Shown piece after piece: positions 17,045 through 26,675 of a DNA stretch of 64,000 bases; position 1 is the stretch's first letter; each line of letters starts with the position of its first letter. The DNA is taken from contig DYTB01000002.1 of assembly GCA_020726185.1 (NCBI GenBank), positions 3,188 through 67,187 of the forward strand, given 5' to 3'. The stretch is from Candidatus Odyssella sp. (lineage in GTDB: Bacteria; Pseudomonadota; Alphaproteobacteria; Paracaedibacterales; CAITNM01). The position numbers and the translations under genes were made by a program. The notes beneath the pieces are model-generated. The model worked only from the letters and a program-made list of their open reading frames with translations. It ran no database searches and was not told the origin of the DNA.

Positions 17045-19651
17045 ATGCTCGATAAATTTACTCCTCAATTAATTGAAGATCAGCTTTACTCTGAATCAGA
17101 ATCATTTTTCAAAGCTGATTTGAATAATTCAGCAGCGCCTTATACGGTTATGATGCCACCACCAAATGTGACTGGTTCGTTGCATTTAGGTCATGCTTTA
17201 ACTTATACATTGCAAGATATTTTGATTCGCTTTAAACGCGCCATGGGGTTTGATGCGCTTTGGCAGCCAGGAACAGACCATGCTGGCATTGCAACGCAAA
17301 TGGTGGTTGAGCGTCAGTTGCTTGAGCAAGGAATTACACGTCACGACCTAGGTCGTGATGCTTTTTTAGAAAAAGTCTGGCAATGGAAAGAATATTCAGG
17401 CAACACTATTGTGACGCAACAGCGACGTTTGCGTATTTCAGCTGATTGGGACCGCTCAAGATTTACAATGGATGAAAGGCTTTCAAAGGCTGTTGTTGAA
17501 GTTTTTGTAAAACTTCATAAAGAAAAACTTATTTATCGCGATAAACGTTTGGTGAATTGGGATACAAAACTGTTAACAGCGGTTTCTGATTTAGAAGTTG
17601 TGACAAAAGAAGAAAAAAAACCATTTTGGTATATTAAGTATCCGTTGGCTGATAACCCACAAGAAAACATTGTTATTGCGACCACACGACCAGAAACAAT
17701 GTTTGGCGATACTGCCGTTGCAGTTAACCCAGAAGATGAGCGTTATAAAAAATTAATTGGTCGTAAGGTGCTTCAGCCTTTAACTGGCCGCACATTCCCG
17801 ATTATTGCTGATGATTATTGCGATATGGAAAAAGGGACGGGTGCTGTAAAAATTACGCCTGCACATGATTTTAACGACTTTGAAATAGGGAAGCGACACA
17901 ACCTAGAAAAAATTAATGTGCTTGATGAGCGCGCTCATCTAAATGAGGCCACGCCTAAAGCTTACCGAGGCATGTACTGTATTAAAGCAAGATCTGCGGT
18001 TGTTGCTGATTTGGAATCCCAAGGATTTATTGAAAAGACTGAAGAGATTACCGGGCCCACACCATATGGAGAGCGTTCTGGGGTTGAGCTTCAGCCTTAT
18101 TTAACTGATCAATGGTTTGTTGATGCTGCAGTCTTGGCGAAACCAGCACTTGATGCTGTTAAAACAGGTAAGATCAAGTTTGTGCCCCAACATTGGGAAA
18201 ATACCTATTTTGAATGGCTAAACAATATTCAGCCTTGGTGTATTTCGCGTCAAATTTGGTGGGGACATCAGATTCCTGCGTGGTTTGGACCTGATGGAGA
18301 AATTTTTGTTGAGAAAACAGAAGAAGAAGCATACGCAGTAGCACGCAAGCAATTAGGCGAAAATGTGACACTTAGGCGTGAGACAGACGTGCTTGATACG
18401 TGGTTTTCAAGTGCTCTATGGCCATTTACAACCCTTGGGTGGCCCGACAAAACGCCAGAACTTAGCCGCTATTATCCAACCAATACTTTGGTAACAGGGT
18501 TTGACATTATCTTTTTCTGGGTCGCCCGCATGATTATGATGGGCATACATTTCATGGGCGATGTGCCGTTTAAGACGGTGTATATACATGCGTTAGTGCG
18601 CGATGAAAAAGGTCAAAAAATGTCAAAGAGCAAGGGAAACGTAATCGACCCTTTGATCTTGATGGATAAATACGGTTCTGATGTGGTGCGTTATACACTA
18701 GCAGCCCTTGCAGCGCCTGGGCGCGACATTAAGCTTGGAGAAAGCCGAATCGAAGGATACCGCAACTTTTGTACTAAAATTTGGAACGTCGCACGCTTTT
18801 TAGAAATGAATGATTGTCAATTTGAGAAAGAGTTCACCCCTTCATCAAACACACACCCGATTGACCAATGGATGGCGAATCATCTTGCTGACCTAAAGGA
18901 CGCAACAATAAATCATCTGAATGAACATCGGTTTGACCTTGCGGCACAAGGTCTTTACCAAAGTTTTTGGTACGTATTTTGCGATCAGTACCTAGAAGCA
19001 CTAAAAGTGCTGACACAAGGTAACCAAGCTGACACTACAAAAAAAATGGCAATGCAGGCTCTGTTTGATTACTTAAGCTTGTTGCACCCAATTATGCCGA
19101 GCATCACAAGCTATTTAGCAAAATATTTCAAAATGCATGAGTGTTTAACAGATTACAAATATGATGAAAAGAAAGTTCATTTTTCTTCTAATCACACAAA
19201 TACTCTATGGTGCTTAATTGATGAAGTGCGTTCTTTGAAGGGATTATTAAATATTTCCGGTGGTGCCATGCTTACGGCATATATAAAAGTTGAGCCAGAG
19301 CTTGAAAATAAATTTGATCCTTATTTAGGTGTATTAAGTTCAATGGCGCGTTTTTCTTCAATTGAATCATGGGATTCAGATACGCCGCCTAGAAACAGTT
19401 TACCTTGTGTTGTGCAGGGAGCAACTCTTTATGTAGCCTTTGATACGGCACTTGATACTATAAGTGCTAAAAGTATTTTGTCTCAAAAAAAAGAGACACT
19501 TGAAAAAGAAGCACTGCATTTAGAAAAAAAATTACAAAATGAAGCTTATAAAAATGCTAAGCCTGAGCAATGGCAAGAAGATAGTGATTTGTTGAAATTT
19601 AAGCATGTAGAAAGCGAAAAGCTAACACATTTTATAGGTTTATTAGAATAA
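17045..19651 (+). CDS. valS: valine--tRNA ligase
   Basis: 868 aa. PPPNVTGSLHLGH (HIGH), KMSKSKGN (KMSKS), and the editing domain and C-terminal coiled coil expected for ValS. Confidence 0.97.
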   Translation: MLDKFTPQLIEDQLYSESESFFKADLNNSAAPYTVMMPPPNVTGSLHLGHALTYTLQDILIRFKRAMGFDALWQPGTDHAGIATQMVVERQLLEQGITRHDLGRDAFLEKVWQWKEYSGNTIVTQQRRLRISADWDRSRFTMDERLSKAVVEVFVKLHKEKLIYRDKRLVNWDTKLLTAVSDLEVVTKEEKKPFWYIKYPLADNPQENIVIATTRPETMFGDTAVAVNPEDERYKKLIGRKVLQPLTGRTFPIIADDYCDMEKGTGAVKITPAHDFNDFEIGKRHNLEKINVLDERAHLNEATPKAYRGMYCIKARSAVVADLESQGFIEKTEEITGPTPYGERSGVELQPYLTDQWFVDAAVLAKPALDAVKTGKIKFVPQHWENTYFEWLNNIQPWCISRQIWWGHQIPAWFGPDGEIFVEKTEEEAYAVARKQLGENVTLRRETDVLDTWFSSALWPFTTLGWPDKTPELSRYYPTNTLVTGFDIIFFWVARMIMMGIHFMGDVPFKTVYIHALVRDEKGQKMSKSKGNVIDPLILMDKYGSDVVRYTLAALAAPGRDIKLGESRIEGYRNFCTKIWNVARFLEMNDCQFEKEFTPSSNTHPIDQWMANHLADLKDATINHLNEHRFDLAAQGLYQSFWYVFCDQYLEALKVLTQGNQADTTKKMAMQALFDYLSLLHPIMPSITSYLAKYFKMHECLTDYKYDEKKVHFSSNHTNTLWCLIDEVRSLKGLLNISGGAMLTAYIKVEPELENKFDPYLGVLSSMARFSSIESWDSDTPPRNSLPCVVQGATLYVAFDTALDTISAKSILSQKKETLEKEALHLEKKLQNEAYKNAKPEQWQEDSDLLKFKHVESEKLTHFIGLLE

Positions 19652-19697
19652 TAACCCCAAAGGGTAGGGCATTCTTTAAAATAATACTGAAAATTGC

Positions 19698-19726
19698 TTG
19701 ACAAAAAAACGGCGATTGATTAGTTT
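19698..19726 (+). promoter_or_regulatory. putative sigma70-type promoter for tRNA-Asp
   Basis: TTGACA (19698-19703), a 17-nt spacer and TAGTTT (19721-19726), 27 nt upstream of the tRNA. Confidence 0.35.
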
Positions 19727-19753
19727 CAGATCATTGCCTAGGGTAATAAACCC

Positions 19754-19830
<77 letters not shown>

Positions 19831-19845
19831 TTAATATAATTTGGT

Positions 19846-20364
19846 TTGTCTGTGAATTATTTTTCCCACGTTATTGATTTAGAACAAGCGCATCTTCGTG
19901 GAAGAGCCATGTCCTTTAGTGCATCAAAAGAGCAGTGTGAACAAATTATGGAAGTCTTTGACTTGCTTGGTTTGAAGTCATTTACTGTTCAGACTCAGAT
20001 TAAGCAGCTAATTAACAAAACGTACGAAGTACACGGGAGTTTGAACGCGATCATTGTGCAGTCAAGCGTTGTTAGCTGCGAGCCAGTAACGACTAGTATT
20101 AGCGAACAATTTACCGTAATGCTGATGCCCTCTCAAAAGCGCTTAGATGAATATGAGGAATCACATCCTGATGATGATTGTGATGTATTTGTTGATGGCG
20201 AATATGACATTGGAAATTTGGCATTAGAATATCTTTCCTTAACTTTGCCGGAAAACCCAAAGCTTGCAGGGGAAACTGGAGACCACATAGAATTTGATGA
20301 GAACGAGAAAGAAGCAAAAGTTTCTCCGTTTTCTGTGCTTAGCGATAAGCTAAAAGATAAATAA
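19846..20364 (+). CDS. yceD: YceD/DUF177 family protein (large-subunit rRNA accumulation protein)
   Basis: The C-terminal DGEYDIGNLALEYLSLTLPENP...SPFSVL pattern is typical of DUF177. The start is uncertain (TTG at 19846 in the track). Confidence 0.7.
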   Translation: MSVNYFSHVIDLEQAHLRGRAMSFSASKEQCEQIMEVFDLLGLKSFTVQTQIKQLINKTYEVHGSLNAIIVQSSVVSCEPVTTSISEQFTVMLMPSQKRLDEYEESHPDDDCDVFVDGEYDIGNLALEYLSLTLPENPKLAGETGDHIEFDENEKEAKVSPFSVLSDKLKDK

Positions 20365-20386
20365 CACCTTTGAAGGTTAGTTCGAC

Positions 20387-21061
20387 ATGCGTGAAGTTGC
20401 CCTAGATACTGAGACTACAGGCCTTAGCCATAAGGACGGACACCGCATTACAGAAATAGGATGCGTTGAGCTTGTTCACCGTATACCAACTGGTCGCACT
20501 TTTCATTGTTATGTTAATCCTGAGCGAGACGTTTCTCCTGGCGCATCCGCTGTTTCAGGTCTCACTTACGATTTTTTAAAAGATTTCCCGACCTTTTCTT
20601 CAATTGCTCAGGAATTTCATGAGTTCATTCAAGAAGCGACTTTGGTAATTCATAACGCGTCATTTGATATTGGTTTTATTAATGCGGAGTTTTCTCGTGT
20701 GAATTTGCCTTTCCTTGATGTTAAAGAGGCAATCGATACAGTTGTATTATCACGAAAAAAATTTCCGGGCCAAGCTGCCAACCTTGATGCTTTGTGTAAG
20801 CGGTTCAATATAGACCTTTCAAAAAGAACAAAACATGGCGCATTAATTGACGCCCAGCTTTTGTCGGAAGTTTATATTGAACTTATGGGTGGCAGGCAAA
20901 CAGAACTATTCAAGCCAGAAACTGCTGATAAGCCGGCTACGATTACATCAAACAACGTTTATCGCGAACCAAGACTATTTGCGGTTAATGAAAATGAACT
21001 CCATGAACACGAAGAATTTTTAAAGTTACTTAAAGATCCTTTGTGGAAAAAAATATCCTAA
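20387..21061 (+). CDS. dnaQ: DNA polymerase III subunit epsilon (3-prime-5-prime exonuclease)
   Basis: Exo motifs VALDTETTGL, VIHNASFDIGFIN and HGALIDAQLLSEVY. Confidence 0.9.
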   Translation: MREVALDTETTGLSHKDGHRITEIGCVELVHRIPTGRTFHCYVNPERDVSPGASAVSGLTYDFLKDFPTFSSIAQEFHEFIQEATLVIHNASFDIGFINAEFSRVNLPFLDVKEAIDTVVLSRKKFPGQAANLDALCKRFNIDLSKRTKHGALIDAQLLSEVYIELMGGRQTELFKPETADKPATITSNNVYREPRLFAVNENELHEHEEFLKLLKDPLWKKIS

Positions 21062-21483
21062 TGGCATTAGAAACTATTAATGTAGATCCACGCATAGAAG
21101 CAGATTCAGCATATGTCACAAATTTGAGTTTGTGCCAAGTTCGCCTATGCAACAATGCTGCATTTCCATGGTTAATGCTTGTTCCCAATACAAATGTTAT
21201 TGAGCTGGTAGATTTAAGCGAAGCCGAGCAACAACTGTTGATGAAGGAAATTTGCTTAGCTAGCACTGTGATGCGTCAATTGTACAATCCTAAAAAATTG
21301 AATGTAGCCAGTATTGGCAATGCTGTGCCGCAAATACACGTGCATGTGGTGGCAAGGTTTGAAAATGATGGAGCATGGCCACGTCCGGTTTGGTATTGCG
21401 GCGTAGAAAGCGCTTATTCCGCGGAAGAGCGTGAAAAACAGATTCTTCGCATTCAAAACGCATTTAAATTAGCAGCAATTTGA
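21061..21483 (+). CDS. HIT family hydrolase
   Basis: Histidine-triad VPQIHVHVVARF with the upstream NNAAFPWLMLVP pattern. I chose the start at the ATG overlapping the dnaQ stop (TAATG). The track ORF begins at 21043. Confidence 0.8.
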   Translation: MALETINVDPRIEADSAYVTNLSLCQVRLCNNAAFPWLMLVPNTNVIELVDLSEAEQQLLMKEICLASTVMRQLYNPKKLNVASIGNAVPQIHVHVVARFENDGAWPRPVWYCGVESAYSAEEREKQILRIQNAFKLAAI

Positions 21484-21510
21484 GGGCAGGCCCCCTTTTG
21501 TTCGTGTTTC

Positions 21511-22278
21511 CTAGTGAGTATTTTGTTTTCCATAAAGCCAAGAAAGATAAGGCGTAGTTACCCTGCCTATGTATTGCATAGCATTACTAAGACTATAATC
21601 TGTTCCCTTTGACACCGGTGATACTGGCGCTTTTACTGCATCCCAATCATCAAAAGTGTCGCTGTCATCATCTTCTGTATCTTTGTCGTTATCAGACACA
21701 GGCGCACCTACTGTTTGTTTATGTTGCGCTAAAGGATCTTCAACCGTAATTATAGAGTCGTTAGCTCTGACAGGTGCCATCTCAACTAAAGCAGATACAA
21801 CTGGGATTGGAAGAGGCTTAATGGCTGATTCAACGTCTATAAAGGTTTCATCAAGAATTTGAGCGGCTACCGAACCAGGCTGTTGTTCGTCTGTTTTTTT
21901 AAGAGACGTCTGATGATATGTCTCAAGATTATCTTTAGCTAATTTATCAATCCATTGCATATTTTTCACCGATTGCTCAATACTTTTGAAAAGCACCCCG
22001 CCAGCAAAACACGCAAGCGACCCAATGATAATGGGCTTGGCATATTTTTCTGCGGCATAATTTAGAAATACGCTTGCTGCTACTCCTCCTGCACCTAAAT
22101 ACAGCAAGGAATTACCTGCTACGTGACTAAATTCTTGCAAACTACTATAAAAATACCCGGGACGTGTTACTTTGCTATCACCATTATTTTGATCAATTTC
22201 TAAGGGGTCCCTGCTGTCTACAGCGCTTAAAGGTAGAGAAAATAATAGAACCGCTAAAATTGTAAAAATTTCTTTCAT
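21511..22278 (-). CDS. hypothetical membrane protein with an acidic Trp-containing C-terminal tail
   Basis: Signal peptide MKEIFTILAVLLFSLPLSA, two Gly/Ala-rich hydrophobic segments, then DNDKDTEDDDSDTFDDWD. No family recognised. Confidence 0.5.
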   Translation of the reverse strand: MKEIFTILAVLLFSLPLSAVDSRDPLEIDQNNGDSKVTRPGYFYSSLQEFSHVAGNSLLYLGAGGVAASVFLNYAAEKYAKPIIIGSLACFAGGVLFKSIEQSVKNMQWIDKLAKDNLETYHQTSLKKTDEQQPGSVAAQILDETFIDVESAIKPLPIPVVSALVEMAPVRANDSIITVEDPLAQHKQTVGAPVSDNDKDTEDDDSDTFDDWDAVKAPVSPVSKGTDYSLSNAMQYIGRVTTPYLSWLYGKQNTH

Positions 22279-22424
22279 AAAATACCAAAAATAAAAGTTC
22301 TATATAATTATGCTATCCATCAATTAAAATGTCATTAAGGTCTGTAGTGCAAAAAAAGCTTTGAACTTGATTCTGGGCATCTTTCATGACAATATGTAGC
22401 TTATAAAAAAATAGAAGATCTTAA

Positions 22425-23393
22425 ATGATATTAGTCACCGGATGTGCTGGTTTTATTGGCTTTCATGCTTCTCTTACGCTTTTAAAACAAGGTAAGGAAG
22501 TTGTTGGTATTGATAATCTTAATGAATATTATGACCCCATTTTAAAAAACGCTCGGCTAAAGCAACTTCAGGCTTTTGATCATTTTATTTTTTATAAATT
22601 AGATATTATCAATAAAGAATCAGTTGTTAACTTGGCTGAAAAACACCCAAAAATTGAATATATTATTCATTTAGCAGCGCAAGCTGGAGTTAGATATTCC
22701 ATAGAAAATCCCCATGCCTACGTTGATTCTAACGTAACAGGGCACCTGAATATTTTGGAGTTAAGCAAGGCATTGCCTGGGTTAAAGCACCTAGTGTATG
22801 CAAGCACTTCGTCTGTTTATGGGGCAAATACAAAAATGCCCTTTAGCGTGGATGACCGCACTGACAGTCCTATTTCCTTATATGCTGCGACCAAAAAATG
22901 TTGCGAATTAATGACGCACGCTTATGCGCACCTTTTTAAAATTCCTTCAACCGGATTACGCTTTTTTACTGTTTATGGCCCATGGGGCAGGCCAGATATG
23001 GCAGCCTTTATTTTTGCAAACGCTATTTTAAACGACCAGCCAATTCCTGTTTATAATAATGGCGAAATGCGACGAAATTTTACCTATATTGATGACATTG
23101 TGAATGGTATTTTGGGCAGTTTAAGCCACCCTCCAAAAGGTGATGTCCCTTACAGTTTATACAATATTGGTAACGACCAATCTGCAGAGTTAATGCATTT
23201 TATAGATGTGCTAGAAAAACATTTAGGCAAAAAAGGTGTACGTAATTTAATGCCTATGCAGCCTGGCGATGTTAAAGAAACAATAGCCGATATTGAAGCC
23301 ACACGTCGTGATTTTGGGTTCGAACCCAAAACGAACATTGAAGTCGGTCTGAAAAATTTTGTTGAATGGTATAAGGAATACTATGGAATCTAA
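22425..23393 (+). CDS. NAD-dependent nucleotide-sugar epimerase (UDP-glucuronate 4-epimerase-like, SDR family)
   Basis: GCAGFIGFH Rossmann motif, the YAATKKCCE catalytic YxxxK and a 322-aa length. Confidence 0.85.
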   Translation: MILVTGCAGFIGFHASLTLLKQGKEVVGIDNLNEYYDPILKNARLKQLQAFDHFIFYKLDIINKESVVNLAEKHPKIEYIIHLAAQAGVRYSIENPHAYVDSNVTGHLNILELSKALPGLKHLVYASTSSVYGANTKMPFSVDDRTDSPISLYAATKKCCELMTHAYAHLFKIPSTGLRFFTVYGPWGRPDMAAFIFANAILNDQPIPVYNNGEMRRNFTYIDDIVNGILGSLSHPPKGDVPYSLYNIGNDQSAELMHFIDVLEKHLGKKGVRNLMPMQPGDVKETIADIEATRRDFGFEPKTNIEVGLKNFVEWYKEYYGI

Positions 23394-24642
23394 AATTGCA
23401 GTTATTGGGCTTGGCTATGTAGGCTTACCATTAGCCGTTGCTTTGGCAAAAAGCTATAAGGTTGTTGGATATGACGTTTCAGAGCACCGTATTCGTGAAA
23501 TTAAAGAAGGTTATGACCGCACCAATGAAATTGAAAGCGATGTTTTAAAGAAAAGCAGCCTGCAAGTTTCAACAGATGCTAATTCTATGCTTGGCTGCGA
23601 TGTGTTCATTGTAACAGTACCAACACCGGTTGATGACTCAAATACGCCAGACCTTGAACCGTTGCACAAAGCATCAACAGCGCTTGGAGAAATCATCTCT
23701 AAAGGCTCTATAATCGTTTATGAAAGCACAGTTTACCCAGGTGTTACCGAAGATTTCTGTGGATCAATTTTGGAAAAAATATCTGGCCTTAAAGCTGGTG
23801 TAGATTTTTATTTAGGCTATTCACCAGAGCGCATTAACCCAGGTGATAAGGTTCATACCGTTGAAAAAATCACTAAAGTTGTTGCCGCCCAAACCCCTGA
23901 GATTGCCAAAAAAATTGCACAAATCTATGGAAAAATGAATAACAACAATATTTTCATAGCTAAAACCATTAAGGCTGCAGAAGCCGCTAAGGTTATTGAA
24001 AATACGCAACGTGATATCAACATTGCCTTCATGAATGAAATTTCCCTAATTTTTTCAAAAATGAATATTTCTATCTACGATGTTTTAGATGCGGCATCTA
24101 CCAAGTGGAATTTTTTGAAGTTTTTGCCAGGTCTTGTAGGTGGGCATTGCATTGGAGTTGACCCTTATTACGTAGCGCAAGCATCAAAGTCACTTGGGCA
24201 TGACCCACAAATGATTTTAGCGGGTCGTTCGATTAATGAATCAATGGCAAATGAATTGGCCGACATCATGACCCAGAGGGCGGGGCGCCCGTTACGGTTG
24301 TTAGTGTTAGGGTTAACGTTTAAGGAAAACGTACCAGATTTACGTAACACAAAAGTGGTTGATTTAGTTGAAGCACTAAAAATGCGCGGACACCAAGTAG
24401 ATGTGCACGATGCCTGCGCAGACCCTAAGGAAGCAAGCCAGTTTTTCAACTACAATCTTGTGCCTGTTTTAACCGTAGATAACCATTATGATGGTGTTGT
24501 TGGTGCTGTACCCCATGATTTATATTGTCAGTTCACCAGCGCTGATTTTGCGCGATTTTTAGCCCCCCAGGGCTGGGTGTTTGACCTGAAAGCGATTTGG
24601 CGCCACTCTCCACCAGCTGGATTTAATTACTGGACGTTGTAG
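23383..24642 (+). CDS. nucleotide-sugar dehydrogenase (UDP-glucose/GDP-mannose dehydrogenase family, TviB/WbpO-like)
   Basis: KIAVIGLGYVGLPLAV, PGLVGGHCIGVDPYY (catalytic Cys) and the family C-terminal domain. I chose the start at ATG 23383 (MESKIAV), which overlaps the epimerase stop. Confidence 0.85.
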   Translation: MESKIAVIGLGYVGLPLAVALAKSYKVVGYDVSEHRIREIKEGYDRTNEIESDVLKKSSLQVSTDANSMLGCDVFIVTVPTPVDDSNTPDLEPLHKASTALGEIISKGSIIVYESTVYPGVTEDFCGSILEKISGLKAGVDFYLGYSPERINPGDKVHTVEKITKVVAAQTPEIAKKIAQIYGKMNNNNIFIAKTIKAAEAAKVIENTQRDINIAFMNEISLIFSKMNISIYDVLDAASTKWNFLKFLPGLVGGHCIGVDPYYVAQASKSLGHDPQMILAGRSINESMANELADIMTQRAGRPLRLLVLGLTFKENVPDLRNTKVVDLVEALKMRGHQVDVHDACADPKEASQFFNYNLVPVLTVDNHYDGVVGAVPHDLYCQFTSADFARFLAPQGWVFDLKAIWRHSPPAGFNYWTL

Positions 24643-24717
24643 GCAGAAAGCTTTTAGAAAAGTTAAGGAATTTTTTATAGATCTAAAAATAATAACGCGT
24701 AAAGTGGAGTTGTTCCT

Positions 24718-25182
24718 ATGATCAAAATCAATCTTCTGAAAAATCATCCCTACGCCATACCGGCACTTGCAACTATTTGGCATGAAGTTTTAGGTAAAAT
24801 TTGGATGCCAGAGATTGGAATAGAAGAAATTGAATCTTTATATTATGAAGAGCTTCAACATGATACGCCCCTTACTTACATTGCTCTACATGATCAAATT
24901 CCTGTAGGTTCATGCACATTGGAATTAAATGGTGGTATTCAACCAAATTTAGGACCTTGGCTCGGCGATTTGGTGGTTGACCCCAAATATCAAAAACAGG
25001 GGATCGGCAAAATGCTGGTTGATGTGGCATTCCAGAAAGCAAAAGCTCTAGGTTTTGAAAAACTTTATTTGTTTGCTTTTGATCCTGCTGTACCCAAGTA
25101 TTACGAACGACTTGGATGGAAGAAAATAGGCATGGACGAATTTAAATCCCACCCTGTAACAGTTATGGAGCTGGAATTATGA
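24718..25182 (+). CDS. GNAT family N-acetyltransferase
   Basis: VDPKYQKQGIGKMLV...YERLGWKKIG matches the acetyl-CoA binding motif Q/RxxGxG/A. Confidence 0.75.
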   Translation: MIKINLLKNHPYAIPALATIWHEVLGKIWMPEIGIEEIESLYYEELQHDTPLTYIALHDQIPVGSCTLELNGGIQPNLGPWLGDLVVDPKYQKQGIGKMLVDVAFQKAKALGFEKLYLFAFDPAVPKYYERLGWKKIGMDEFKSHPVTVMELEL

Positions 25183-25200
25183 ATGAATTTATTCAAATAA

Positions 25201-25893
25201 TCATCCCAAATAAGACACCAAAGCGGCAGACAATTCTGGGTTTGCCCAATCGGTTGCGCCTAAAAACCTTCCCAGCAACTGGCCATTGGCTGATATAAGG
25301 ATGGTTGCGGGTATGCCGCTAACGTCAAATAGCGATGCAAGCTTATTATGAAAATCGGTGCAGACATTAAGACCTTTTATATTGTGTGCGTTATAAAAAT
25401 TCCAGATTTTGGTTGCTGCATCAGCGTTACTTTCTTTTAGCTCAGAAGTCGTATAGACGTCTATTATATCTTGTGCATTCACGAATTCGGCAAAAAATGG
25501 AAGCTCTTGCTTACATGGGCCACACCAAGTCGCCCAAAAGTGTAATAAGACTGGCTTTCTAGATTCCTTTATATTAATACCCTGAAAATGCCCATCGCTG
25601 GACTTTTGCACGCTAATCATCAGGGCAGGGACGTGTATTGTAGACAGCTGTGGAAGAAACCCATGTTCAAGCATGATTTCCATTGCTTTGTCAGCGGGCA
25701 TTTTCTTGGTAATGCCTTTACTTTTTTTGTCCTCGGTTGCTTTTACAACCTCAGCTTTGTCTTTAGTTTCTCTTGAGTAAATTGGGGATTCGTTATTCAA
25801 CCAAGCCCAAAATAGTAACGGCGCAACTACGAACATATATGTGCATTTAAAAACTATATGTGTAATTAGAGCAAAGGCTTTAGCGCAGCTCAA
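25201..25893 (-). CDS. TlpA-like thiol:disulfide oxidoreductase (thioredoxin fold)
   Basis: LLHFWATWCGPCKQELP CxxC motif and a membrane anchor MFVVAPLLFWAW. The true start is probably ATG 25836, not the TTG at 25893. Confidence 0.75.
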   Translation of the reverse strand: MSCAKAFALITHIVFKCTYMFVVAPLLFWAWLNNESPIYSRETKDKAEVVKATEDKKSKGITKKMPADKAMEIMLEHGFLPQLSTIHVPALMISVQKSSDGHFQGINIKESRKPVLLHFWATWCGPCKQELPFFAEFVNAQDIIDVYTTSELKESNADAATKIWNFYNAHNIKGLNVCTDFHNKLASLFDVSGIPATILISANGQLLGRFLGATDWANPELSAALVSYLG

Positions 25894-25902
25894 GCAGAAT
25901 AT

Positions 25903-25924
25903 TTATCCACAGAAGTTGTCCACA
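25903..25924 (+). promoter_or_regulatory. pair of DnaA-box-like 9-mers
   Basis: TTATCCACA (25903-25911, perfect consensus) and TTGTCCACA (25916-25924, one mismatch). They are direct repeats 13 bp apart in the intergenic region upstream of the tlpA-like gene. Confidence 0.3.
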
Positions 25925-26034
25925 GATACATAGCCCCTCTGGAAACTGGGCTGTATAATTATTTTCCATAATCTAGATTTTATGCAATCTTAATGTTTAA
26001 TAGTTCTGATGCGCAAAACTATCCTTGGGTGTAT

Positions 26035-26556
26035 TTAGTTAAATGCATACCCTTCTGGCGCTGCAGCTTCCGCAGTATCCGCAGTAGCTGGTGCAGCGTC
26101 TGCTGGTTGCTCTGCTTCGTCAGGATGAGGAGCTTCTGCATCTGGGTGCGCTGCTTCAGCATCAGCGTTTTGAACATCGCCATCATCATGCACAGCTGTC
26201 GCCACATCTGCCTGGGCAGCGTTGGCAACTCCGGAAGCTGCAATATTTGCATTCATTCCATTTGGCGCCTGCCCTGCTTGAGGAGTAGACACAGCTGCTG
26301 GAGCTCCCATAATAGCGCCCTGCATAGAAGCTATTGCAGATGGGTTATTCATTATTTGGCTGGGCAGTGCCCCATTTCCAACAAGTGAACATGTTTTATC
26401 ATTACAATAATTTATTGCTGCTGACTTTTTATCGAGAATGAAAATGCCACCTTTGGCATCTGGAACAATATCAAAGCGATGATGTTCACCGAATTGATAA
26501 AGGCTAAACCCCACGGCACTTAATATACCTAAAACTAATAACAACATTGGCCCCAT
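26035..26556 (-). CDS. hypothetical membrane-anchored protein with an Ala/Pro/Asp-rich tail
   Basis: N-terminal anchor MGPMLLLVLGILSAVGFSLY and a C-terminal low-complexity ADAEAAHPDAEAPHPDEAEQPADAAPATADTAEAAAP. Overlapping plus-strand ORFs are artefacts. Confidence 0.45.
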   Translation of the reverse strand: MGPMLLLVLGILSAVGFSLYQFGEHHRFDIVPDAKGGIFILDKKSAAINYCNDKTCSLVGNGALPSQIMNNPSAIASMQGAIMGAPAAVSTPQAGQAPNGMNANIAASGVANAAQADVATAVHDDGDVQNADAEAAHPDAEAPHPDEAEQPADAAPATADTAEAAAPEGYAFN

Positions 26557-26675
26557 AACTTCTCCACGACAAAACTTTTTGCTATACTTAACTACAAGTT
26601 ATCAGTTAATTATTAATAAATTATCAATTTTATTCCTTTAAAGATTAAGATACGCTTATTTAGAAAGTTCTCGTT

